NCBI RefSeq assembly: GCF_004010195.1
Contig: NC_057718.1
Location: 64,591,123-64,655,122, forward strand
DNA: 64,000 nt
Origin: Chiloscyllium plagiosum
Taxonomy: Eukaryota
Direction of reading: 5' to 3'
A program made the position numbers and the translations under genes. The notes below the pieces were generated by a model. That model had not been told where the DNA came from. It did not search any database and saw only the letters and a list, made by a program, of their open reading frames with translations. How positions within the stretch are numbered: the stretch's first letter is position 1; each line of letters begins with the position of its first letter. Below are positions 26,370 to 38,439 of this stretch, piece by piece.

Positions 26370-26820
26370 TTATAATTTCACTGGACTAGTAAACCAAAAC
26401 CCCAAGCTCATGCCTTGAGGACTTGGATTCAAATCATGGCAGATGGGGGAATTTGACTCTACAGAGGCCGGTATCCCATTACCAAGTCACCCTTTATTTA
26501 CATGTGGAGAGTCCTTAACGATCTAGCTTCCTCAGAGCCAGCTGACATACCTGCTCTTACAGCCTCAATGAGGGAACTCATATTCTATGAGGTCCACCTG
26601 GTTGACCTTGTTACAAAGAGTTGCTCAACTGATGATCAATAACTGTCGATTGTTGTAAAATGTATTTCAGAGAATGTAATCTGCCATCCTTGTCTGGACA
26701 GTATGTAACTGCAGACCCAAGGCAATGTAGTTAACTTTTATTTGCTTTCTGAGCAATTAGAGAAGAATGATAAAAGTTGGCTTAGCCAGCAACATCTATA
26801 TCTCATGTATAAATAAAAAA
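26370..26820 (+). mobile_element. Second tRNA-type SINE family, containing a possible solo-LTR fragment (~26458-26615)
   Basis: Similar to 27480-27800, 30590-30880, 40350-40690 and 49430-49640. Confidence 0.6.
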
Positions 26821-27479
26821 TACTTGGAGAGAAGCTAATGTTATGCTTGTGGCAGAATTTGGGGGTAGAACTGATGCAGCAATTGTTTTGCACAGTTTTG
26901 TTCATGCCTCTATGAAAACATCAGAAAAAAAATTAGACATTGTCTATATTCTGTCCATATTCAGCACATATCACTCAATGCAACTTTAAGTGCTTTAGTC
27001 ACTCGAAGAGCTTCTATATTTTCAAAAAATATATAATTTTAATGTCTCTTCAAGTTATGTAAATACTTTTGTGCCTTTCAATGATGAATTGACAAGGAAT
27101 TGACACAAACCAGGAGCTCTTAGGAAGTAATAAATATTGACAAACCTGATTATCTGAGAACAAATCTGCAAAATGTGGAAAGGGACAACTTTAACCTTAA
27201 TGCATTAAGTTCACTCATCTAAGTGTGCTCTTTTTGAAGGAGTAAATTAGTTGTCATTTTAGAATTTTTTTAGCTAACTTTACAAAGTTATTTCTCAAAA
27301 GACATTTAGGAAACAAGAAAACAGAAAAATAACATATTTTGAACATTTCATTTGTGATTTATTAAATATCACAAGTAGTTCTCATAACCTGGCCCCAATT
27401 TTTGTTCCCTGATTGAGCGCCGAGATGGGAGAGACCCTAGTTCCATGAACCTGACTTTTGAGTGTAGCTACCAGCCTTA

Positions 27480-27800
27480 TGGGGAGACAATGACCCAGTG
27501 CAATTACCACTTGACTGTCAATCCAGAGATCTAGGTTCTGAGGATCTGTGTTCAAATCATGCAGTGGTAGATGGTGGAAGTTGAATTAATTCATGAAACC
27601 ATTATTGGAGGAAAAACACATATGGTTCACTAATCTCCTTTAGAAAGGAAATTCCTGACTTATATGGTTGGCACATGTGTGACTCCAGACTGTCACCAAT
27701 GTGGTTGACTTCCAACTGCCCTCTGACCAATTGGAGATGGGCAATAAATACTGGCCAAGCCAACCATGCTGACATTATGTGAGAGAATAAAAAATAAGCT
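27480..27800 (+). mobile_element. Second SINE family copy
   Basis: gttcaaatc B-box-like motif and ggttcactaat...gtgactccagac...gggcaataaat. Confidence 0.7.
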
Positions 27801-28334
27801 AGAGTAGAAATTGGGGCTGACAATCCCAGAAGACCTGAAGAGGATGTTCAGTGAAAAAGCAAGAGAGGTGGAAAGCCTGATTTAAGGCCCTGTCACTGCG
27901 TATAAAACCTAAAAGAATAGTGCATAAAACATGTCTTCACCCCTCCTAACCACACACACACCCCACACACTCCCTCCATCTTTCTCTCTCTCACTCTCTC
28001 TCTTTCTCACTCTCTCTCTCACAACCACACACAAACGTTTCCCATTCCACATTCATTGTATATCAATTTTTACGGTCATATGCCAAACCATACTCATAAT
28101 CAACACCCTTTCCTTTTCACCTCTTGGGTTAAGTCACTTAGTATTCACCACAGAAGATCTCAGAACACATCCATAGGTGTGAGAAAAAAAAGGTCTATTT
28201 AGTGTGTGGCATTACAGATTTTAATATTGAGAAAAAAACCTCTTTAATTAAACACGTTTACTACATTTAAATTAGTTCACTTCAGTAAAGTCTTATAAAA
28301 CATTTCAAATTCATCATGCATTGAAATTCCTGCA

Positions 28335-28567
28335 TTCCCCATGGCCAAGTCAATTAATTTACACATCCCTGAACATTATAGACAATTTAGCATGGCTAAT
28401 TCACCCTAACCTGCATTTGGGATGGAAACTGGAGCACCTGGAGGAAACCCATGTGGACACAGGAAGAATGTGCAAACTCCACACAGACATTCATCTAAGG
28501 CTGGAATTGAACCCAGGCCTCTGTTGCTGTGAGGCAGCAGTGGTAACTATTGAGCCTCTGCCACCAA
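28335..28567 (-). mobile_element. HE1-type SINE
   Basis: gaggaaacccatg...tgtgcaaactccacacagac core. Confidence 0.85.
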
Positions 28568-29058
28568 CCCAGCACCTGATAATTTAAATGGCTAGCTGAC
28601 TCTATGAATTCATCATGCATAAATGTTCAGTTGAGTCTGTGAAATTGTGAAGTATCATGGTCAGAGCAGGATTTGAGATTTACTGGTATGTTTTGGAAAA
28701 AAAATTTAAGCCTCTGTATTTGGGTCTCACATTCTGCAAGAGAAAGTCAAACCAGCAGATGCATATATCATATGAAATTGTAGCTGGGTGCTATTTGACT
28801 GGCCACCGTTGTACACCTGATATTTAAATTCATTGACTTCAGTAATCTGAAAATTGTACCAAAGGAGCTACTTCAGCACTAACTGTAGACAACATTCAGA
28901 ACTTAACTATCACAACAAACTTAACTAATTGAGCATGAATGTAAATCCATGTTGGTCCAAAACCTTATTTCAATGATTAATCTTCTTTAAGTGTAATGCA
29001 ATATTATAATTTAACTTTGTGGATTTTCTTTCTGTCATCTCTCTAATTTTCTTTCCAG

Positions 29059-30095
29059 GTTTGTTTGATTGAAGCAGTTGTTGCTTTTGGCACTTCAATC
29101 TTGGTCCTGGTCTGCATGCCTCACTTTGACATTGTAACCAATTTGTATATTTTGAATGGTGTTTGCCTTCTTCCTGCTCTTCTGCAAGTAGTATTTCAGC
29201 TGAAACCACTCAAATCTTCTATGTTGCTTCCATTGGTAGGCTTTGGTTTTGTTTTCATGGGTCTCTTGCTTTTCATTTTAGCTCACAACCCACAGCAACA
29301 TTCAGAAGAGGTTAAACACATTAAACCGTACGTAGCCCTTGCAATAGTTGCCTTAATTTTCATATCTTTCAATTGGTGGGAAAATTTTACATCATACTGC
29401 AAATTTGGAATAATGGAAAATATAAGGGAAAACTTGCAATGTACCAGAAACATCACATATGTTTGTACTAGTACAGTGCGAATTCTAGTTATTGGTACTG
29501 TAGTGGCAGCTTGGATTCCAGTGAAGGAATATAAGTGGGAAGATGTAAAAACAGTCTCTCAATTCGATTTAAAAATTATTTTGTGCCTCTTTGGAATACA
29601 GGGGATTTCTTCTGCTCTTTGTCACTGGTTTGGGGTTCTGGTATGTAAAATGCATGCAGTCAGACGCAGCTTTGCTGTGCCTTCCGTATTAGCCACACCA
29701 ATTGTATTTTTTGCTTTTTTGATTGTGTTGTATGACAGCTTCAATAAATACGGCAAAGCAGATAGCTTTAACTTGACTGCCCTCTGCCACAATTTAAAAA
29801 CCTCCAACGATAGCGATTCTGTGCAAATCCTACTTTTAGAAATTCCTCGCAGCCTTTGCAGAGCAGAAGCGATATTAATTTCCAACAAAGTTGGCTTGGC
29901 ACTGCTTGGCTCCTTGGCTGTATGCTTTTGGCTAGGGCTGATTTTCTCCACATTCTACGTGTGGGGCCAGCACATTCAAAGGATTGAAAGGACATCCCAG
30001 CTGTTTGTCCGACGACTGTACGAGGCGGCCTTCATGGAACAGTCAATGCTGCTTAACACACGGGTCCAGAAAAAGAAAGAGAAGAAGGATAAAAG
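29059..30095 (+). CDS. chs1: Chitin synthase exon 4 (multi-TM N-terminal domain)
   Basis: 1037-nt open frame (ORF track 29065-30099) with many TM segments and the motifs FNWWENF, CKMHAVRRSFAVP, IERTSQLFVRRLYE. Acceptor ctttccag, donor AG|GTAAAA. Confidence 0.95.
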
Positions 30096-30589
30096 GTAAA
30101 ACCCTCATATATTTTCTTCCTGATGTTTTTATGGAAAGATATTTTTTCTCCAGAATTGTTTAGTACAACGAAGCTCATTTGGCTTCCCTGTTAACATTCT
30201 GTCGTTCTGCAGCATTTGTTTCTCTTTTTGAATGACAAAAATATGTGCCAAGTGGAGAAACAGACTTATTTCATTCACAGATTGTTGTTATCCTTTACCC
30301 TGAAGGAAATTTATTTGAGCAATTCACAGCTAAGTCTGCAGTCTGCAGATAATGCTTAAAGAGCACCGCAATGAATGACCAATTTCTCTGATTTTTGAAA
30401 TGACATTCTGTTTCTCAGCAGTACAACAAAATCAACATGGCCTGATTTACTTGGGACAGTAAGGTTGCCAACCATGTAGGACTGAGCATGCAGTCCCCAG
30501 GACACTGCCTTGCATGGCCTTGGAAATAAAAAGACATATGGACATGAAAGAAGATTTATTTTGACATTTTCTTTGAATTGTTGGAAAAT

Positions 30590-30880
30590 TGTTGGAAAAA
30601 CCCATCTGGTTGAGTAATGTCCTCAGGGAAGGAATCTGCTATCCTTACCTGACAAAGGGTCAGTTAGACTCGAAACGTCAGCTCTTTTCTCTCCTTACAG
30701 ATGCTGCCAGACCTGCTGAGATTTTCCAGCATTTTCTCTTTTGCTATTCTTACCTGCTTTGGTCTACATGTGACTGTAGATCCATAGCAATGTACTTGAC
30801 TCTTATCTGCCCTATGGGCAATTAGAGGTGGGTAATAAATACTGTTCTGGCCAGTGTTGCCCACATCCTATGAATTTAAA
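30590..30880 (+). mobile_element. Second SINE family copy with an inserted Penelope-like terminal repeat (~30649-30745)
   Basis: The insert is flanked by ctatccttacctg / ctattcttacctg. Confidence 0.7.
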
Positions 30881-31094
30881 AATGTCATATTCACTGACAA
30901 TTGCATAATGTTCAATTCTATCTGCCACTTTTCAGATACTAAAGCTGTCTCTGCATAAAACAAGATCTGGACAACATTTAGGTTTCAGCTGATATGTAAT
31001 GTTTACAAATAATATTTGTGCCTTGCAAGTGCCAGAGAATGACAACCCCAACAAGAGAGAATCTATTTGCCTGTGATGTTCAGATTTTTTTTTA

Positions 31095-31392
31095 GATTAG
31101 ATTCCTACTATGTGAAAACAGGCCCTTTGGCCCAACAAGTCCACAATGACCCTCTGAAGAGTAACTCACCCAGACCCATTTCCCTCTGACTAATGCACTA
31201 ACACTACATGCGATTTAGAATGGCCAATTAACCCGACCTGCACATCTTTGGACTGTTGGAGGAAACCAGAGCACCCAGAGCAGACATGGAGAAAAAGTGC
31301 AAACTCCACACAGTCGCCCAAGGCTGGAATCGAACCTGGGTCCCTGGTGCTGTGAGGCAGCAGCGCTAACCACTGAGCCTCCGTGCCACCCG
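31095..31392 (-). mobile_element. HE1-type SINE
   Basis: Full head (gggtggcacggaggctcagtggttagc on -) and (ttaga)n tail. Confidence 0.9.
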
Positions 31393-31404
31393 TATGTTCA
31401 GATG

Positions 31405-32038
31405 CTTCTGCATCACCATCACCGAATTCCCTACTAGCGATGTCCTGGGTTATTATTGACTAGAAACTGAACTGAATCAGCCATTTAATATACTGGTGAC
31501 AAGAACAGAGGAATTCTGAGCTGAATAACTCTCCTGTCTCTCCAATGCATGTCCACTATTTGTATGCATAAGTTAGGAATGTGATAGAATACTCTCTGCT
31601 TCCCTGGATGAGTGCAGTGCGAACAACACTCAACAAATTCAACACCATCCAGGGTAAAGCAGCCCATTCGGCTGACACCCCATTCACCACCTTCAACATC
31701 ACTCCCTTCACCACTGATGCATTGTGGCAGAAACTGTGAAGTATCTGTGCTGCAACAACTCACCAAGACTGCTTCAACAGCACCTTCCAAATCCATGACC
31801 TCTACCATCTAGAAGAACAAGGTCAGTGGATACGTAGAAAGTCTACCACCTGCAAAATCTCTTCCAAGAAGCATACCATCCGGACTTTAAACTTTATTGC
31901 TTCCTCTTCATTGTAACTGGATTAAAATCCTGAAACTCCCTTCCTTCCTAAACAGCACTGTAGATGACCCTACACCACAAGGACTGCAGCAGTTAAGTAG
32001 GCAGCTCACTTTTACCTTCTTCAGGGCAGTTAGGGATA
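31405..32038 (+). mobile_element. Degenerate LINE 3' end (CR1/L2 group) whose tail resembles the second SINE family
   Basis: The tail gggcagttagggata...ggcaataaat resumes at 34404 after the Penelope insertion. Confidence 0.6.
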
Positions 32039-32103
32039 AGGGGTCTAGATTGGAGTGGTGCTGGAAAAGCACAGCAGTTCAGGCAGCATCTGAGGAGCAG
32101 TAA

Positions 32104-32139
32104 AATCGACGTTTCGGGCAAAAGCCCTTCATCAGGAAT
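32104..32139 (-). ncRNA. Putative minimal hammerhead ribozyme in the Penelope terminal repeat
   Basis: Reverse strand attc-CTGATGA-A-GGGC(TTTT)GCCC-GAAA-C-GTC-gatt. Confidence 0.7.
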
Positions 32140-32180
32140 ACAGGCAGAGTGCCTGAAGGGTGCAGAGATAAATGAGAGGA

Positions 32181-33037
32181 NNNNNNNNNNNNNNNNNNNN
32201 NNNNNNNNNNNNNNNNNNNNNNNNNNNNNNNNNNNNNNNNNNNNNNNNNNNNNNNNNNNNNNNNNNNNNNNNNNNNNNNNNNNNNNNNNNNNNNNNNNNN
32301 NNNNNNNNNNNNNNNNNNNNNNNNNNNNNNNNNNNNNNNNNNNNNNNNNNNNNNNNNNNNNNNNNNNNNNNNNNNNNNNNNNNNNNNNNNNNNNNNNNNN
32401 NNNNNNNNNNNNNNNNNNNNNNNNNNNNNNNNNNNNNNNNNNNNNNNNNNNNNNNNNNNNNNNNNNNNNNNNNNNNNNNNNNNNNNNNNNNNNNNNNNNN
32501 NNNNNNNNNNNNNNNNNNNNNNNNNNNNNNNNNNNNNNNNNNNNNNNNNNNNNNNNNNNNNNNNNNNNNNNNNNNNNNNNNNNNNNNNNNNNNNNNNNNN
32601 NNNNNNNNNNNNNNNNNNNNNNNNNNNNNNNNNNNNNNNNNNNNNNNNNNNNNNNNNNNNNNNNNNNNNNNNNNNNNNNNNNNNNNNNNNNNNNNNNNNN
32701 NNNNNNNNNNNNNNNNNNNNNNNNNNNNNNNNNNNNNNNNNNNNNNNNNNNNNNNNNNNNNNNNNNNNNNNNNNNNNNNNNNNNNNNNNNNNNNNNNNNN
32801 NNNNNNNNNNNNNNNNNNNNNNNNNNNNNNNNNNNNNNNNNNNNNNNNNNNNNNNNNNNNNNNNNNNNNNNNNNNNNNNNNNNNNNNNNNNNNNNNNNNN
32901 NNNNNNNNNNNNNNNNNNNNNNNNNNNNNNNNNNNNNNNNNNNNNNNNNNNNNNNNNNNNNNNNNNNNNNNNNNNNNNNNNNNNNNNNNNNNNNNNNNNN
33001 NNNNNNNNNNNNNNNNNNNNNNNNNNNNNNNNNNNNN
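32181..33037. other. Assembly gap
   Basis: Run of N. Confidence 1.
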
Positions 33038-34073
33038 TAATGGAGATGGAGAGGTCCAGGAAGGGGAGGGAAGTGTCAGAGATAGTCCAGGTAAATTTAA
33101 GGTCAGGGTGGAATGTGTTGGTGAAGTTGATGAATTGCTCAATCTCCTCTCAGGAGCATGGGGTGGCGCCAATGCTGTCATCAGTGTAGCGGAAGAAGAG
33201 GTGGGGAGTGGTGCCGGTGTAATTACGGAAGATGGACTTTTCTATGTGGCCAACAAAGAGACAGGCATAGCTGGGGCCCATATGGGTGCCCATGGCTACC
33301 CCTTTGGTCTGGAGGAAGTGGGAGGATTCGAAGGAGAAATTGTTAAGGGTGAGGACCAGTTTGGCCAAACGAATGAGAGTGTCGGTGGAAGGGTACTGTT
33401 GGGGACATCGGGAGAGGAATAAATGGAGGGCTTGGAGGCCCTGGTCATGGCGGATGGAGGTGTAGAGGGACTGGATATCCATGGTGAAGATAAGGCGTTG
33501 GGGGCCGGGGAAAGGCAAATCTTGGAGGAGGTGGAGGGCGTGGGTGGTGTCTCGAACGTATATGGGGAGTTCCTGGACGAGGGGGGATAGGACAGTGTTG
33601 AAGTAAGTAGAAATGAATTCAGTGGGGCAGGAGCATGCTGAGACGATGGGTCGGCCAGTGTGGTCAGGCTTGTGGATCTTGGGAAGGAGGTAGAACCAGG
33701 CAGTGCGGGGCTCCCGGACTATGAGGTTTGAAGCTGAGGGTGGGAGATCTCCTGAGGTGATGAGGTTCTGTATGGTCTGGGAGATGATGGTTTGGTGATG
33801 AGGGGTGGGGCCATGGTCGAGGGGACAGTAGGAAGACGTGTCCTCGAGTTGGCGTTTGGCTTCCGTGCTGTAGAGGTCAGTGCGCCAGATTACCACTGCG
33901 CCCCTTTATCTGCTGGCTTGATGGTGAGGTTGGGATTGGAGCAGAGGGATTGGAGGGCTGCGCGTTGTGAGGGTGAGGGGTTGGAGTGGGGGAGGGGGGT
34001 AGACAGGTTGAGGCGGTTAATGTCCCGGCGTCAGTTGGAAATGAAGAGGTCGAGGGCAGGTAATAGGCCAGCA

Positions 34074-34180
34074 NNNNNNNNNNNNNNNNNNNNNNNNNNN
34101 NNNNNNNNNNNNNNNNNNNNNNNNNNNNNNNNNNNNNNNNNNNNNNNNNNNNNNNNNNNNNNNNNNNNNNNNNNNNNNNN
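34074..34180. other. Assembly gap
   Basis: Run of N. Confidence 1.
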
Positions 34181-34644
34181 TGGGAGCTGTGGGGAGGCAT
34201 GTCAGCAGAATGCAGGTGAGTGGCATTGGTGGGGTGGAAGTGGTGGCAAACACGGCAGTGGGGGGGTGGAAGTCACTGAGCGTGTGACATCAGCGATGAT
34301 GTGAGGGGTGAAAGGGATGTCACGTATGGTGCATGAGGAATTGTGAGGGGCGGAAGTGGCTGTGGAAGCGGCCATGATGGGGGCAGAAGTGACATCATCA
34401 ATTAGTTAGGGATAGGCAATAAATGGTGGCTAAGCCATTTATCATCTCATGAACATAATAAAAGTGAATTCATCTAATCAAGTAATGACAGCTGTTCACA
34501 ATCCACTTGATTTGGGAAGGCAATATTATATGAGGACCAACTAAGCAGCTAAAGTGAGGAAGGGGGCTGGCTGGTTTTAAAGAGGAGGTCATAAAATGTA
34601 AGCCCCCTGGCCACATTTAACAGACTTGATGAACGTGATCGGTG

Positions 34645-34843
34645 AAAATGAGTATTGCAGATGCTGGAGGTCAGAGTCAAGATTAGAGTGGTGCTGGAAA
34701 AGCACAGCAGGTCAGGCAGCATCTGAGGAGCAGGAAAATCCACATTTCTGGCAAAAGCCCTCCCTTTTGCCCAAAATATTGATTTTCCTGCTCCTCGGAT
34801 GCTGTCTGACCTGCTGTGCTTTTTCAGCACCACTCTAATATTG
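34645..34843. repeat. Imperfect palindrome of two inverted Penelope-like terminal repeats
   Basis: Arms at about 34678-34757 and 34760-34843. Confidence 0.85.
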
Positions 34844-35275
34844 ATGAATGTGATAGTCAAAGGTATGGCAGGTATTTAAAAATAAAATGCTCCTAACCTG
34901 GAGACTTCTTTGGCTTCCTGCTGTATCTTAATGCTTCTGATATGGAGAGCATCTTGACATAAGTATGTGTCAACACTCCACCCAGCTGACAGGAAAACTC
35001 AAAATACATGGGGAAATTTTAAGAGGGTTATAGGGGAATTGCATTATTAGGTCTCCTCTACATTGTCCACTTGAAATTTGCACCTTCAGATTAGTCATTG
35101 CTAAAATATTGATTTTTGAAAATTTTCCAAGTAAATTATTAAATTTAAATTGTTTTCCTTGTAGTTTAATTGACTCACGTGTAATTAAACTGTCATAGTC
35201 ACTGTAACTTCCTAGCATTGTACATTATTTAAATGATTAGGTATTAACAACAAATGGAAATATTTTCTACAATAG

Positions 35276-35365
35276 AAAATCGGACCATGTCATGATATAT
35301 CTGTGTGCAACAATGTGGCATGAAACAGTGGATGAAATGGCAAAGATCCTTACTTCAATATTCAG
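35276..35365 (+). CDS. chs1: Chitin synthase exon 5 (KSDHVMIYLCATMWHETVDEMAKILTSIF)
   Basis: CATMWHE signature. Acceptor aatag, donor AG|GTAAAT, phase 2-2. Confidence 0.95.
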
Positions 35366-36029
35366 GTAAATCCAGAAGCACCAATGTATGTTACCGCTGA
35401 CATCAAAGCCAGTATGGGAGTTTCTCCTCAAGTTGTTTAACGACATAAATCACTATTCAAACAATGCACATTCTGAATAGCAAAGCAATAGTAACATTTC
35501 ATTGTCTTTGCTGAGGTTGTCTATGAAGGCTTTCAATTTGTACAATGTCATGTTGCACTTCATCAAAGCACTGTGCGAAGCTTTCCAAAACTTTCTGCTT
35601 GGCGGAGCAGGCTCAACAACACCAAATGGCCTGCTCCTGTTCCTATTTCTTATGGCTTCCCTCCACTCTGCTGTTGCAGTGGCAATTCTGTTAATGTGTT
35701 GATACTTGAACTTTGATTCTTCTGCTCTGTATTCAAATGTTGTGGAATATATTGGCCCGGATTGCTGCTCTGCTCAAACCTTTCTGTCTGATTCATGCTG
35801 GTCTCCATTTCTAGCCTGGTCTTTTGAATCCAGCTGAGAGAAATAGGAGTTTATGGAAGTACTCGCCATAATCTTCCAATTCTCAGATACGATGAGAGTG
35901 GGGTGCTGCCAGAAGACTGAAAAATAACAAATATCCAGACAAGGCAGTAATCCGAACAATTACTGTCTAATCAGTTTATATGTGATAGTGAAAAATCTTT
36001 ACAAACAATCTGGGACAAAATTAACAATT

Positions 36030-37300
36030 ATTTAGAACAAATTCAGATTAATTATTAAAGTTAGCAGAGGTCTGTTAAACACATATCATGTTTAAGTAAC
36101 TCGCTGCTTGAGTTTCCTCATAAGGTAATAGTCTTGTTAATTAGGGTAATGTGGTTGATGCAACATTTATGGACTTTCAAAATGCATTTGATAAAGAACT
36201 ATTTAATATATTTCACTGCAAGGTTGAATCCTGTGGAATTAAAGGGACAGTGAAAGCGCAGGTAAAAGGTTGACTGACTGTCAGGAAACAGAGTTGTAGT
36301 CAATGGTTGGTTTTCAGACTAGAGAAAGGTAGACAGTGAATTTTCCCAGGGTTGGGACTTACCTGATTTTTATAAATGATCTCACCTTGCCTGTGCTGGA
36401 CATGATTTCAATATTTGCAGCCAAAATGTGAAAGCATTGTGCACTGTCTGAAAGGTGATGACAAATTTCAAAAATTTATAGTAATGCTAGTGGAATAGGC
36501 AGACAGAGTGGGCAGATGAAATTTACAGTGTGAAATGGTACATTTTCATAGGAAGAACAAGTTGAGGCAATGTAATATAAAACACACTGTTCAAAAAAGG
36601 TGCTGGAACAGAGAGACCCAGGATATATGTGCACATTTCGCAAGAGTCAGACCAGAGACTGAGTAACTTAATAAGAAGTAAAACAAAATTTTGATCTTTG
36701 CAAATGGAGGCATGGTAAACAAAATCAAGCAAGTTCTTATGAACTATTTTGGCTTCATTTATACACTATACAAGTCTGTACATCACACTTTCGGAAGGAT
36801 ATGAAGGCTTTAGAGTGTATACAGAAACTTTTTATGGGAATGGTTCCAGGGATGAGGAACTTCAATAACAAGGATTGATTAGAGAAGTTAAATTTGCTGT
36901 CCTCAGACAGGAGAAGTCTGAAAGAAGGGTAGATAGGGAGAAACTGTTCCCATTAGCAGAAGGATCAATAAAGAGCATTGATGTAAGTAATTTGTAAAAC
37001 ATATAACTCAATTCTCACCATTACTACATCCTTTTTAAAATCAGCAGAAAAAAACCATAAGAACCTGAGAAATATCATTTTATGTTGCCAGGGTTTAGAT
37101 ACTACTCAAGGGTTGTGTTGAAGCAGTTTCAATCAGGGATTACAAAAGAGAATTGTATAAGCACCTGAAAATACAAAAGAAAATGCAAAACTACAGGGCA
37201 ATGGTGGGGGATTTGGACCAACAGAGTTGCTGTTCCCTCCAACTGTAGGAACATGACAAGCTGAATGGTCTCCTTCTCTGCTGTAAATATTCTACGATTG
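36030..37300 (+). mobile_element. Old degenerate CR1 RT fragment
   Basis: MDFQNAFDK remnant and CR1 3' end similarity. Confidence 0.65.
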
Positions 37301-37530
37301 GCAATCATAAAAGGGATGTATTCTAAAGCTGGGGCTAAGCTTCATGTATCACCTAAGGATGTGATCTCTCATTTCTAAATGATACACCATTTGTTTACCC
37401 AGCAAATTATTGAAAAATCAAAAAAAAAACAAATTGTTTAGAATCATGGGGCAGGATGCACTGAAGTCTAAACTAGTAATTTTATAATTGGAAATCTAGC
37501 TCTTAAAATCGCTTTGATATTTTCTCTGAA

Positions 37531-38300
37531 TTAGGAGAAAGTGAGGACCCAGATGTTGGAAATCAGAGTTGAGACTGTGGTGCTGGAAAAGCACAGCAGG
37601 CCAAGGTGCAGGAGGATCGACATTTTGGCCATAAGTCCTTCATCAGGAATGAGGCTGGGGGGCTGAGAGATAAATGGGAGGGAAGTGGGGTTGGGAGAAG
37701 ATAGGTGAGAATGCAATAGTTAGATGAAGATAGGGGAGAAGGTGATAGGTTGGAGAGGAGGGTGGAATGGATAGATGGGAAAGTTGATGGAGGTCAAGAG
37801 GGCAGTGTGCTGAGTTGGAGGTTTGGGACTGGGATAATGTAGAGGGAGAGGAAGTGAGGAAACTGTGAAATCCACATTGATCCCATGTGGTTGCAGGATC
37901 CCTAGGTGGAATATGAGGCGTCCTTCCAACAAGTGTTGGGTAGTCAGAGTTTGGCGATGGAGGAGGCCCAGGACCTGCATGTCCTTGTCGTAGTGGAGGA
38001 GGAGTTGAAGTGTTCAGCCACGAGGTGGAGGGATTGGTTGGTGCAAGTGTCCCAGAGATGTTCTCTGAAATGATCTTCAAATTGGCATCCTGTCTTCCCA
38101 GTGTAGAGGAGACCACATCAGGTGCAATGGATACAGTAGATGACATTAGTGGAGGTCCAGGTAAATTTCTGTCGGATGTGGAAGGATCCTTTGGGGCCTT
38201 GGATAGAGGGGAGGGGAGAGTATGGGGGTGGGGAAGGCATGGATCTGATGAGGGGGTCGCAGAGAGAATGGTCTCTCTGGAACCCTGATAAGGGTGTCTT
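37531..38300 (-). mobile_element. Penelope-like element 3' part (GIY-YIG domain and terminal repeat)
   Basis: FHIRQKFTWTSTNVIYCIHC. Terminal repeat with a CTGATGA core. Confidence 0.88.
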
Positions 38301-38439
38301 TACTATTTTCCCAGACCTCCCCCTCATTTAGGAAGATTGTTTAGTCCTCAGAAAAAGCCTTACCTTTAACCCTTTACACTCTGAATTAATGAATTTGAAA
38401 TGCATTGCGACCTTGAATATTTCTTTGGCTGCCTCCACC

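Larger units (their letters stand above)
32039..34403 (-). mobile_element. Penelope-like retroelement (RT plus 3' terminal repeat, two internal assembly gaps)
   Basis: ORF 33150-33896 contains FYLLPKIHK..GRPIVS, TMDIQSLYTSI, QTKGVAMG and FRYTDD. Flanked by the 11-bp repeat agttagggata. Confidence 0.92.

Noticed and set aside
29622..29995. - strand ORFs overlapping exon 4
   Set aside because: Antisense shadows of the chitin synthase exon.
32132..33422. 349-aa and 416-aa ORFs
   Set aside because: Mostly N. The remainder is Penelope sequence or its antisense.
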